From: Hypanus sabinus
Taxonomy: Eukaryota
Reading direction: 5' to 3'
Length of the DNA stretch: 64,000 bases
NCBI RefSeq assembly: GCF_030144855.1
Contig: NC_082721.1
Location: forward strand, 32,550,001-32,614,000
The translations under genes were made by a program, and so were the position numbers. This document shows, piece after piece, positions 1 to 12,300 of the stretch. The notes below the pieces were generated by a model. The model did not search any database, was not told where the DNA came from, and saw only the letters and a list, made by a program, of their open reading frames with translations. Within the stretch, counting starts at the first letter, position 1. Every line of letters starts with the position of its first letter.

Positions 1-51
1 GTGAAAGCAAGCTTGATCATTCAGATTTCACACACCATAATCCAAACTAAC

Positions 52-101
52 CATTTTGATGTGCATTGGCCTGTCGAACAAAAGCTGTCCATTGAACATT
101 G
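52..101 (-). CDS. HNRNPM: hnRNP M exon 8 (SMFNGQLLFDRPMHIKM); gene continues beyond the left edge
   Basis: Acceptor ttttcag, donor ATG|GTTAGT, 50 nt; QLLFDRPMH fits hnRNP M. Confidence 0.95.
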
Positions 102-361
102 CTGAAAACAATTAAGGAATCTTAAACATTATATATACACATCTTGAGAATATGCAGGTTTTATCAACTTCAAATATTTCCAAAATATGCATCACTTAAA
201 AGATTCAGATGTAACAACAAATTGCTCTTGGGTTTATAATTTTAAGACTTCATGAACTAAGATCCCAGCAAAGTTATTTTATAATCAAGAAACAAAATGG
301 CCGAGCAGTTGAAAATCCCTACTGCAAATCTAACCAACCAAGACAGTTTCATAAAGGATAC
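102..361 (-). other. HNRNPM: U12-type (minor spliceosome) GT-AG intron 7 of HNRNPM, 260 nt
   Basis: 5' splice site GTATCCTTT (361-353); branch site TTCCTTAAT (119-111) just upstream of the CAG. Confidence 0.93.
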
Positions 362-515
362 AAAGAGCTTGAACTGATTCAATTGGACGTTCAAAGGTTA
401 CTGTGCCCATTCCACGGCTCTTCCCATCTTTGTCTTCAACAATATCAGCCCGTACTACATTGCCTGCCATGGAAAATACTTCTTTCAACTTCTTCCACCC
501 AACTTTGAAATCAAG
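362..515 (-). CDS. HNRNPM: hnRNP M exon 7 (LDFKVGWKKLKEVFSMAG..ESVQAL; RRM2)
   Basis: Acceptor ttttacag; ends at U12-type donor T|GTATCCTTT; 154 nt. Confidence 0.95.
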
Positions 516-1159
516 CTGTAAAATAATCACGAAATTAGCATGCCTCAAATAAAAAAGATAAGGATTCTATATAAATATGCTTTTCCTATCCAATGACAAA
601 GAATGCTCCATTGGGTAATTTATGAGTTTTCATGTGGCCAATATCGTCAACTACCAACTGTTCAGAATATAGTCAGCTGTTTTGCTTAAATTAATTTTTG
701 AATTACTACTACTTCTGGAATAGACACTGTACACGGGTTTAAGATTACACCCATCTTATCAATTTATCTCAGAGATAGGTGGTGCAATTTAATCTTAAAT
801 CAACGTTTAAAGTTTCAGGATATACTAGAATTGATCTCAAACTGCTGCCATGCATAATTTCAATCATGACTAAATGCAATTTCAAGAAATGTCAAAAGCA
901 AGAATTTTTCCTTGAGTAAAAGTAATGCAAAGATTTATTGGCAGATAATAGCTTTCACTGAACAATATTCAGTATAATCTACTTAGAATGAAACACCTAA
1001 GAGTGTTGCAGTATTTACCCCAAAACTTTGTAAATCTAATTCTGGGGGCTAGGCTGAATAAAAATACTTGAATCCTGGATAGCATTTAGCCAAAATAATT
1101 TTTCCTAATACCAACAGCCAATGGGTTCACAAATGATGGGTTGGGCGAAATCAACTACA

Positions 1160-1445
1160 TTTTGCAGGCTTTTCCATTCAAGGGCATTGGTGTTTCCATA
1201 TCAGGCCAATGTACAACCAGTCAATGCAGCACTATTCAGCCAGATTTTCAATTTCCCTCCTATATGCTGACCTGTCACCACCACTGATTTGTCCAATAAT
1301 AGCATAGTCATCAGCAAAATTAAATATGGCATTGGAGCTGTACTTAGCCTCACAGGTATGAAGTGAGTAGAGCAGAGGGCTAAGCACAGTCTTGTGGTTC
1401 TCTTGTACTAATGGAGATGGTGGAGGAGACGCTATTGCCAATCAG
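1160..1445 (-). mobile_element. Rex1/Babar-type LINE RT fragment
   Basis: Translation VLSPLLYSLHT..FNFADD..SAYRREIENLAE resembles Rex1/Babar RT. Confidence 0.75.
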
Positions 1446-1562
1446 AAATTCCTATATTATCTCCAATGGTACACATTTTATACTAATGAAGAGAAGATTA
1501 TATTAATTCTTAATAATCCTCAAATTAAACACCAACTGCAAGATTGTTAGGTATAACACAAA

Positions 1563-2852
1563 AGCAGAAAATATACAGCACAATACAGGCCTTTCAGCCC
1601 ATAAAGCTGTGCCACACATGTCCCTACCTTAGAACTACCTAGGCTTTACACATAGCCCTTTTTCTAAGCTCCACGTAGCCATCCAGGAGTCTCTTTAAAA
1701 AAAACCCTATTGTTTCCACCTCCACCTATTCCATGCACTCACCACTCTGCGTAAAAAAAACTTACCCCTGAAATCTCTTCTGTACCTACTTCCAAGCACC
1801 TTAAAACTATGCTCTCTCGTGCTAGCCATTTCAGCCCTAGGGAGATCCTTGTAGATCTCCTCTGCACCCTTTATTTGGTTTCCACATCCTTCCTATAGAG
1901 ACGACGACCAGAATTGAGTACAGTACTCCAAGTGGGGTCTGACCAGGGTCCTACATAGCTGCAAAATTACCTCTCGGCTAAATCCAATGATCGATGAAGG
2001 CCAATGCACCGTATGCCTTCTTAACCACAGTCAACCTGTGCAGCAGCTTTGCATGTCGTATAGACATGGACCCCAAGATCACTGACCCTCCACACTGCTA
2101 AGAGCCTTATCATTAATACTATATTCTACCATATTTGAACTACCAAGATGAACCACCCCACACTTACCTGGATTGAACTCCATCTGCCACTTCTCAGCCC
2201 AATTTTGCATTCCATCAATGACCTGCTGTAACCTCTGACAGCCCTCCACATTATCCACAACACCCCCAACCTGAGTGTCATCAGTATCTCATCTCTCCAA
2301 TTCCTCATCCAGGTCATTTATAAAAATCACAAGGAGAAGGGGTCCCAGAACAGATCCCTGAGGCACACTACTAGTCACCGGCCTCCATGCAGAATATGAC
2401 CCGTCCACAACCACTCTTTGCCTTCTGTGAGCAAGCCAGTTCTGGATCCACAAAGCAACATCCCCTTGGATCCCATGCCTCCTTATTTTCTCAATAAGCC
2501 TTGCATGGGGTACCTTATCAAATGCCTTGCTAAAATCCATGCACACTACATCTACAGCTCTACCTTCATCAATGTGTTTAGTCACATCCTCAAAAAATTC
2601 AATCAGGCTCATAAGGCACAATCTTCCTTTCATAAAGCCATGCTGACTATTCCTAATCATATTATGCCTCTGCAAATGTTCATAAATCCTGTCTCTCAGG
2701 ATCTTCTCCATCAACTTACCAACCACTGAAGTAAGACTCACTGGTCTATAATTTCCTGGGCTATCCCTACTCCTTTTCTTGAATAAGGGAACATTCACAT
2801 CCCTCCAATCCTCCGGAACCTCTCCCGTTCTCATTGGTGATGCAAAGATCAT
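1563..2852 (-). mobile_element. CR1 LINE (family A), 5'-truncated and internally deleted
   Basis: RT motifs [30 protein letters not shown]; 3' end shared with the copies ending at ~25795 and ~47940. Confidence 0.92.
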
Positions 2853-3356
2853 TGAACTGTTTGAAGCTGCTGTTAGTGATTCATTACGCTACCAAAGACA
2901 GTACTGTTTATAGCATTCTCTGCCACAGAGGAAATTATTACAACCTTTCTCAAACTAGCTCAATTAAAAGAATCTTATACACTTAAACCTGATGTAAGTG
3001 ATCGCTAATTGCAAATGAAACTACAATCATACTTAAGCAACAAGAGCTCCCTATATAATCTTTCACACAAAAAACTCAAACCACAAGCAACATTTTTAAA
3101 AAGCTACAGTGTTGTGTTTAGCGTTTTAAAAACAAACTATATTTAGCATACTACATATTTAAAAATTATAACTGAAAATAGTGTTCTTTACTTTTCTGGT
3201 CAACTACTGCACTTATGACTCTGGTACATCAAACAATTAATTGTACAACAACTTATGCATGTGTTTAAGAAAAGGTCAAATGTTTACAAAAATAATTTCA
3301 TTAATGCTGTTACCTACAACATAATTTAGCAGATAAATATTTTAATTTTAACTCAC

Positions 3357-3554
3357 ATTAACAATAAAGATGGTGCTTCCAAGTCTGCCAGCTTGCAGTG
3401 CACTGAGAACATCTCTGGGGACATTAGGGTTATTCAAGAGAGCTGGAGGGATATTCATTCCAGGACCACCTCCAATGCCACCTCCAACCATTCCCATCCT
3501 GTCGAAGCCACCAAACTTCTGCATCATCCGTCTTGCATGCTCACCATCCAGATC
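3357..3554 (-). CDS. HNRNPM: hnRNP M exon 6 (DLDGEHARRMMQK..LQAGRLGSTIFIVN; RRM1-RRM2 linker)
   Basis: Acceptor gcttag, donor AAT|GTGAGT, 198 nt, 66 open codons. Confidence 0.95.
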
Positions 3555-4209
3555 CTAAGCATAAATGAAGTTAAAATACTGAATAAACAGTCAACATTCA
3601 TCTAAGAAAAACTTAACATTCCTTTACATCATGGCTTTTTTTTAAAAAAAAGAGACCAACAAGGCCTTGGGTCACATTACTATGTTATGTGTGAATTGGT
3701 GCCAGGCAAATAGTTACTGAATCTCAAGAAAAAGAAGAACTCTCACCACTCACAATCTTTTGTACATTGGCAGCACAACTGCAGAAACTTCACATGGCTC
3801 CAGAACACATCCTATACAATCAAATCTCATCGATGCCTCTAGTTTGAGGCTGGAGAGCTGGACCTAATACATCAATACTCACAACCTTCTACAAATGTGC
3901 AGTACAGCATCTTAACATGCTACATCACTGAATACTACAGAAGTTGTACTAGAGCAGTTGTACTATAGCTCTGCAAAGGTAGTCAAAATCGTTCGCATCA
4001 CCGGCTATCAAGGACAGAAAGGAACAAAATAAAGTCCAGCAATATCATGGTGATTTCTACAAAATCTGTTGTGTTTATGATCTGTTCCTCCGCCTACTAA
4101 ACCACCCCACAACACCCCCTACCACCACTATTTATACCTGTCAGAGACACCTTATGGACAGACACCCCAGTATACTTAATATAAAGCAACATACTGTTCA
4201 CTCTATTTG

Positions 4210-5656
4210 CAGCTGCAACAAAGCTTGTGAACCCTTTGCAATTACATTGCTTTCTGCATTAATTACTCAAATTGTGGTCTAATCGCAAAAACAGACAGAA
4301 AATCTGCCTAAACTAATAACACAATTGCACTATTCCTCATCAACTCGGAGTACACCATTTAAACTATCACAGCCCAGGTTCAAAAAAAGTGAACCTCTGG
4401 GGTAATGCCCTCTACAAAAGCTAATTGGAGTCAGGTGCTCCTGCTCTATTTAAAAAAAGACAGGTTACACAAAATTAGTTTACTGACAGAGCCTGCTGTT
4501 CTCAAGAAAGATCTATTTATGTGGACCATGCCTCAATCAAAACCATTTTCAGAGGACCTTAGAAGAATTGAAGAGATGCATGAAGCTGGTAAAGGCTACA
4601 AAAGCATGTCTAAAGACCTGAATGTGCAGTCCACAGTAAGCGAAAATGTCTTCAAATAGAAGAAATTCAATACTGTTGCTATTCTCCCTAAGAGCAGGCA
4701 TCCTGCAAAGATCACACCAAAAGCATAACATGCAATGTTAAAGAAGGCAAAAAAAGAACCCAATGGTAACAGCAAAAGACCTGCAGAAATCTCTAGAATT
4801 TGCTGAAGTCTGTTCATGTGTCCACTATAGGAAAAACACAATGGTGTTCATGGAAGGACACCACAGAGGAAACTAGTGTTCTCCAAAAAAAAATATTGCT
4901 GCACATCTCAAGTTTGCAAAAGACCACCTGGATGTTCCACGATGCTTCTGGGACAATGTTCTGTGGACAAATGAGACAAAAGTTGAACTTTGGCAGAAAT
5001 GCGCACCACTACGTTTGGAGGAAGAAGGGCACCGCACACTAACACCAAAACCTTATCCCAACTGTGAAGCAAGGTGGAAAGAACCTCATGATTTGGGGCT
5101 GCTTTACTGCTTCAGGCAGCTTGCAATCGTTGAGGGAACAATGAATTCAAAATTGTATCAAGACATTCTACAGGAGAATATTGGGGTAGCAGTCTGTCAT
5201 CTGAAGCTAATAGAAGCGGGACGATGCAACAATAGTCTGAAACACACGAGTAAATCAACACAATAGTTTAAAAAGAAAAATAATTGTGGTTTGGAATGGC
5301 CCGAGTCAGAATCCAGACCTTAAATGAAACAACTTGAATGGAGATATGGTCTAAAATTCTCCCTCACCGTTGTGCAAGTCTGATTAGCAGCAGCAAGGAA
5401 CATTTAGTGTGTTTATTGCTGCTAAAGGAGTTTCTACCAATTATTAAATACAAGGGTGCACTTACTTTTTCCAGTCTGGACTGTGAATGAGTAAGCAATG
5501 TGATTAATAAACACATGAAAAAAAAAACGATTGTGCATTATTAGTTTAGGCAGATCGTGTATGTCTATTTTTGTGACCTAGATGAAGATCCGACATTTTA
5601 TTTAATGCAGAAAACCAAGTAATTGCAAAGGGTTCACAAACTTTTTCTTGCAACTG
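4210..5656 (+). mobile_element. Tc1-like DNA transposon, decayed, long TIRs
   Basis: Inverted termini cag(c/t)tgcaa..ttgtgaaccctttgcaattac of >100 nt; frameshifted transposase (MPQSKPFSEDLRR..GKGYK.., WDNVLWTNETKVEL). Confidence 0.9.
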
Positions 5657-6083
5657 CACATACAATTAATCTGTTTATATAAAACATTTTATGTATTTAT
5701 ATTTATAGTATTTTTTTATCTTATTGTATTTTATTGAGCTGCATCAGGTCTCCTTTGCCCTTGAATACTGGAATGGACAGTAAACAATCTTGAATCTTAA
5801 TAATGCAGCCAAATAAATAGGTACTTCCGTGGCCCTATTTTGACAGCACAAAAAAGGCTTGCTTACAGGCTTAGCTGTGAATTAAAAGTGCAATAGAATG
5901 GTTCACTGTAGGTAGAACAGAACAAAATGAGATAATATAAATACTACTTCATAACTAATGTGGGAGCAGCAATGATGCAACTGTAATGCTAATCTTTTAG
6001 ACCCAACTATTCCCAAGGTCAATTGTCCCAATACTGATACAGCCCATCCCCACTTAAATCTGCTTCAAATTTGAATCACTTAC

Positions 6084-6177
6084 CTCTTTTACTTTAAGAG
6101 GTCTTCCACTAAAACTCTGCTTGTCCATTACTTCTACAGCCTTCTTCATGTTATCTTCACTTTTGAACTCCACAACA
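6084..6177 (-). CDS. HNRNPM: hnRNP M exon 5 (VVEFKSEDNMKKAVEVMDKQSFSGRPLKVKE)
   Basis: Acceptor ttttttcag, donor GAG|GTAAGT, 94 nt. Confidence 0.95.
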
Positions 6178-7425
6178 CTGAAAAAGAAGTGCACATTACA
6201 CAAATCCTTCCAGACAATACTTCGGCTTGGAACTGTACATCTAGTTAACCTTTTCATCACTGCTTGTAAATGCGGTAATTACTATGCAGCAGCCTGTCCA
6301 AAAAATTATAAAACAACTGGAAAAAATTAATAGGTCAAGCAGCGTCTGCTGAGGCAAACGGATAGTCTCAATTTCAGATTGTACCCAGCTTCAGGATTGA
6401 GGCTGTTGAGGAATGACAATCAGAATAGAAATGAAGAAAGGTGAGATGGGGGGGGGGGGGGGTCAGTAGATAACAATGGGAACCAGATCAAGGGAGAATG
6501 ATCACTGTTTAACACAGGGCAGGGAAGGTGGAAAGAGAAAAAGTGAACAAGGAGAGAGAACCTGGGTTCACCGCTAGCAGTAGTAAAGAACACAAGAGTA
6601 CAAATTAACATTTGAGGAGCATTTGATAGCTCTGGCTCTGTACTTGGGAGTTCAGAAGGATGATGTGGGAACCCCAGATTCTCCTCCCTTTTGTTCAACT
6701 CCCACCCCCCCCCCCCCCACGTAGACCCATTACCTCACCTACATAGTTGCTTCTGTCTGCTCAAAACCAACATTCTTATCTACCTGTGGTTTAATACTGG
6801 TATAGCCTTGGTTCCTTGGTTCACCTATCCCCACTCACATATGGCCTGAATACCACCCCCCCAATCCAGCTCCACCCGTCACCAGTCTACTTTAACAATT
6901 ACCCCGCCCCAAACATGTATCCACCTACCAGGCTCTTTTCTCATTCCTTGCCTCAATTCAATATACTTGCTTTCTACATAGCATGCTGTTTGACCCACAG
7001 TTCTTTCAACTGTTTACTTTGTCCAGATTCCAGCATCTCGAATCTCTTTGCCACCTTCCCAATCAGTTTTGTATTTCTCAAATTCACCCACCACCCAATT
7101 AGGGCTTAAGCTTACATATCCATGCACCTGTTCCTTACATACACTTCAAATCCCTATTCAAATCTAGTAATAGATAATATGCAGGGAGTTTCACAACATA
7201 ACTCATACATCTATATTCAAAATCTAAAAACATGCAGTTTAGCCATAAATCAAAGAATGGGTATTAGCACCAGAAACCACAGGAACCTTTTTATCTCATC
7301 ACAGAAACATGGCAACTATTAATACCCATTCCATCTCCCAGCAGCATTCTTACATATGTATGGATCAAATTTGGTTTAAATATCTTATTAGGAAAAAGAA
7401 CTGAGAAGACTGAAGGGAAACTTAC

Positions 7426-7433
7426 CCACATCC
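7426..7433 (-). CDS. HNRNPM: hnRNP M exon 4, 8-nt microexon GGATGTGG (G-C-G of RRM1 RNP1)
   Basis: ccaaag|GGATGTGG|GTAAGT; required to keep frame between exons 3 and 5 and restores KSRGCGVVEF. Confidence 0.93.
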
Positions 7434-9280
7434 CTTTGGTCACAGATGATAGCATGTAAAGGAAAAAAATGTAAAAATTAAATAAAGAATATTGATATCC
7501 ATAAAAAATTGAAATAACCTATATTGAGAATACAGGGGGAGTAACTTCATCACCATTTGACTAAAGATTGGTCCTCTGCTGTGTACCCTCTAAAATTTGT
7601 TCTTGCATCGTGTAATGCAAAAGGAAGATCATGAGCTAGTAACAATGCACAAGGAACAGAGGTTCCAGAGAACCAATACAATCCCACCAAATACCCAACA
7701 ATGGGCATAATAGGTGGGACATACCAAGCACAAGCTGGACATCACCACTCAGAGCCGGAAGCAAATTTTGTAAAACAACTGCCACAGGCCACTCTTTAGA
7801 GCACCCAATGGCTGATTTAAGAGACCTGGGAGCACTGGGAGCAGGTTGTATGTTAATAAATTTGCACACAGCTCAGAAAGTGAGACACTAAATGATCTCT
7901 CCAAAAATAACTCATGGTATTTTGCCAGGCTCTTTTAAACATTTCCAGCCTTCAACTCACTAGGACCCATGGGTAAATTCAGAGAAAAACATACTGGTGT
8001 ATATATTAAAGTTCTGATTGAAATGTCATCATTTTCCCATCTAAACCCAGTTCTTTCAAAATGGGGACTATACAGAAAAATTCCTGATTTAACTCTCAAA
8101 CTAAGATACTTTAAAAATTATTCCAAGCAAGACTTCACATTGTGGATAGTGGCAGCTCTACAGCATTAACCAAATATACATGATTTTCATAAACCTTACA
8201 TCAAACTCACTTCCACCATGTGTCTAAAATCCATCCACTTTCACATTTCCATTGACAACTTATTCAACATCCCATTCTATGCTTAACACCATTAAGGATC
8301 AGAACCAAAATATTCCCCGTTTTGACGATTACAGCCCTGGTTAGCATAACATCAGGAAAGACAAAAATACCTGACATCCCTGAACAGTTGCTTGTTTAAG
8401 CTGTATAGCAGATATATTTGGTAATGTTTCTTTTTGACATTATTTGACAAAGTGAACATCCTTCAATCTTCCCACACTAAATACAAAGTGCCAAATGAAG
8501 GCTACGATGATTCAGGGGGGCAAACAACATTATGGATAATCCATTCACTTTACATAATGCACAGGGGTCATCTTTTAAACCTTTAAGGTTCATAAACCAC
8601 ATTTTGTGGTGGGCAAAAAGCAAATATAGCACAATGCTTAGCCATACAAGCATAAAGGTCCAGATTCTGATCAAGTGTTGAACTAACTAGAGGGGACAAT
8701 GTCAAAAAAGTTAGGGGGAAAAAATCAATCACCTCTGACAACTACAACAATTCCAGTTGAAAAGTGCAGATATGATACAATGGACATTTCAGACTTCACT
8801 ACGAGGCTTTCCAATCAAATGACTTACTGTCAAGGCCTACACATATACAATTTTGGCAGGCACCAGACTGGTGCCAGCTGTAGCAAAATGATTGTCTACT
8901 TATCACTGCGTTCAGAAGGCATAGGAGCAAATGTAATGTTGGTGAGGGGAAAATAATAAATCCATTGCATAAACCTTTGACTACTTAACATACTGCATCA
9001 CATTTTCAAGTACTTTTGAAAAACATGGAAACTATCAAAGACAACCAAAATATTAATATGCACTAATTAGTTCAACTTTGACAAAATAGCACCAAATATG
9101 CCTGCTATAGTCAATAGCTTTACATTCACATCCTCGTCTCTCCCCCCACCCCCACCTAGCCACATCACATTTCTAAGCTTCAAAATTCAAAGTCTAACAA
9201 AGCCCACTTCCAGTATTCCATATCCTGTGCATTTTACATTTGCAATGAAACCACAGAAGAACTCATTCTTTATCACTTAC

Positions 9281-9333
9281 CCTCGACTTTCCATCCGCAT
9301 CCATAAAGAGTTCCACGTAAGTAACCTCACCAA
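9281..9333 (-). CDS. HNRNPM: hnRNP M exon 3 (VGEVTYVELFMDADGKSR)
   Basis: Acceptor tttgtag, donor AGG|GTAAGT, 53 nt, RRM1 sequence. Confidence 0.95.
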
Positions 9334-12300
9334 CTACAAACCAGATCCCAGACGAAACATACACGGAAGGAGAAAAGCCAAGAAAACAATTGGAATTCAG
9401 CAAAAACATTGACAACGTTATGTAGTAACCTGAGCCCTCTAAAAGCCCAGAATATCATTCCACATTCCTAAACCTTCTTACTATGCTATGTACAGGTGTG
9501 CAGTGATCCCAAGTCTAACCCAATCTAGAATGGTCATATTAAACTACAACCCTTAATAACATTGTTACCAGTTACTAACAATATTACATACAACAAGCCC
9601 TTTTACGTCTGCCCAGTGTTCTAAACACATACTTCCCAAACTGGAACTCTTCTCAAATGTGCCCAGCCAATAAGGATGTCACGTTATAATATGCAAAATA
9701 CACATCTTCCTCTCTCCCTAATCCACAACCAATTAAATAACAAAATGATCAAAAATCAAACATGAAAGCCATAAACATTCAACAAATTGAGGTTTATAAT
9801 ATTGATAAACAAGCTATTGCATTATATATTGTGACATCCCCACCAGCAACCACCAATAGCAGCAGAGTCTGCTTCCATTATCACCTTCATGACTTTTAAT
9901 CAACTGTGATAAGAATCAATCTGTTATATGACCAAGTTCTTTTTTAAAAATAAACCTAATTAGATCTGATCTCAAGAGTTCCCACCTGCTACATGACTAG
10001 TATCCATTTACATGTACAAACACTAAGCCATCAGCCAAGACAACTTTTAGCACAGACAGTCCCTGTTAATAGCAAGCTGAGGTTTCAAAATGTTTGCTGC
10101 CATCAAGGTCCTTTCCTTTACCTCTACCCCTTCCCTCAGACTTTGAATGGTATATTTCTCAGCTTCACAGGATATCAAAATATACCTTCACAATTTAATT
10201 TTAATTCATTATTCTTATTCTGACAAAAATAAAGGAAGCCAAGCTTTCTTGAATAGAACAGAGGACCAGTAAGAGAAAACAAATATTGCTGCATCAATTT
10301 GTACTGTCTTTCTGTTCATGCAAGATGAGAATTCTTAAGATTTACAAAATTTTAATTTTGCAATGATCAATTTTGAATAGGTTACTTTATACATATAAAA
10401 ACTAAGAATACTGTTTCCTAGATGTACCCACTCAGCAATTAAGACAGTACTGCAGGGATATTAACACTTACACTGAACCCAGAATACATCCCATGTTTAT
10501 GTTCTGTTAATACTAATGGGATAAAATTTCACTTGGACTGGAAAAGGAATGGAGAGGCACAAAAAAAAGGACAGGAGCTAGTACAAATAACTATAATCTA
10601 TTCTCATTAGTTAAGTACATAAATCTGAACGTATGGTGTTAAGATTTTACTGGAGGCTAAGCAGCAATCAATTCCATAAGATTTTCTTCAATGTTACTTT
10701 CTTTTTGAAAAAATATCTACAATTACTGTAATCGTGGCAACATGCCGAAGCAGGGAATTAAACTGTAAATCCACCCTGCATCATAATGCTATTAAGAAAT
10801 TTAAGTATTTCCCAAATGAAAAAATGTGTAGAGTCAAACTTGCTTTTAAAAAGAATTGCCTGCACTCTAATAACTCTGCTGCACTAGGCAGTGGGTCTCA
10901 ACTGTTCTTAACTTGGCTTAGTGTAGTACAAAGACTACATTTAGGCTGAATACAGAGTTTGGTTTCCTACACACCTGTACCACAATAATCCCATCATTCT
11001 ACTATCTAAATCATTTAGACATCATCAGTAATCTACAATACCAAAGACATGTGAAACTGAATGGGCACATTCCCAGTATTACACCAATTTTAGGCCACCA
11101 ACTTTTGAGTCTTACCGCTTGAAGCCATCACTACATCAAGAAAGGCAGGAGTCTACACAAACCTAAAATTGACACTTGGTGATTTCACATGTAAAACAAA
11201 GTCTGCTGATGCTTCTTTCCTGTCAGACTACTAAATACTGGTAACATCAAGTAGTGCTATTCAGCAGCAGCATGCACCATGGTGGACTGTTCACACTTCT
11301 GTTCTGAATGACCAATAATCCTTTTTTACGCAGTTGCTGAACACACAATTGAATGTCAATTTCAAGGAAAAGTCAAGAATGGCTTTCCAGAGTCAAGTGA
11401 ATCAGATGGTTATTGGAAGAATTATAGAATTTCGTTAATATACCAAAAATGAGGCGATGTTAAACATTTTGTTTAAAATATTTACTCCAAACAGCAGAAA
11501 GCATATAATCAAGTAAATGGAACTTCTGCCCACAATTTAGTAAGCTTGCACTGTCCAACTCTAAAGCAAATGATCAGATATTCATAAGGCTGATGGAGCA
11601 GTAGGAAGGAAGTGTGGTTGTGGTAGATGAGACAAAGTAGCACTTCTGTCTCTTCCATGGATGCAGCAACACTTTAAGATAAGTTAAGACTTCTTGCTGT
11701 AGTGACAACTCATTTTAATGAGCTAAATGTAGTTCAATGGTCAAAACACTTTCCTCAACTTAAGGACATATGTTCAAAACTTTGTTCAACTTTACTCCCG
11801 AGTTCCAAATGTTAAGACAATATCCATTGTGTCAGGCTGTTCAAATTACCAATCTTCAAACATTCAATGCATCACTTTGTATATAACACCAACTCCTTAC
11901 CAAATTTGTGAACTTACGAAATGATGGCATTTCCTCACTGACCTTCAACTAAATTGCAAAATGACAAAATATTTTCTTCAGCATTGCTACTGTTTCAGAA
12001 AAGTTACAAGTTAACAAAACTCCAAATGTGCAAAACAATCATGTAATTAAGTGCACCCACAAATTATTCTTAAAGCAATGATACTTTTAACAATAAATAA
12101 AATCACAGTAATATGCACATTGCAACCACTGATTCAGGAAATCTGGATTAGCTGTTAATGGGGATTGAGAAATACGATCTTATAGGATAAAACAATCAAC
12201 ACGCAAGATTCTCAGATACTGGGTGTGATTTCTTTAAAGCAAAGTATGCTCAACAATTTTATAATGCAGCCTTGATAGAGTTTGCACTTTCAGGATCAAA

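Noticed and set aside
6446-6720. Poly-G and poly-C tracts as a functional structure
   Set aside because: They lie within an inverted-ended dispersed repeat remnant; no independent support.
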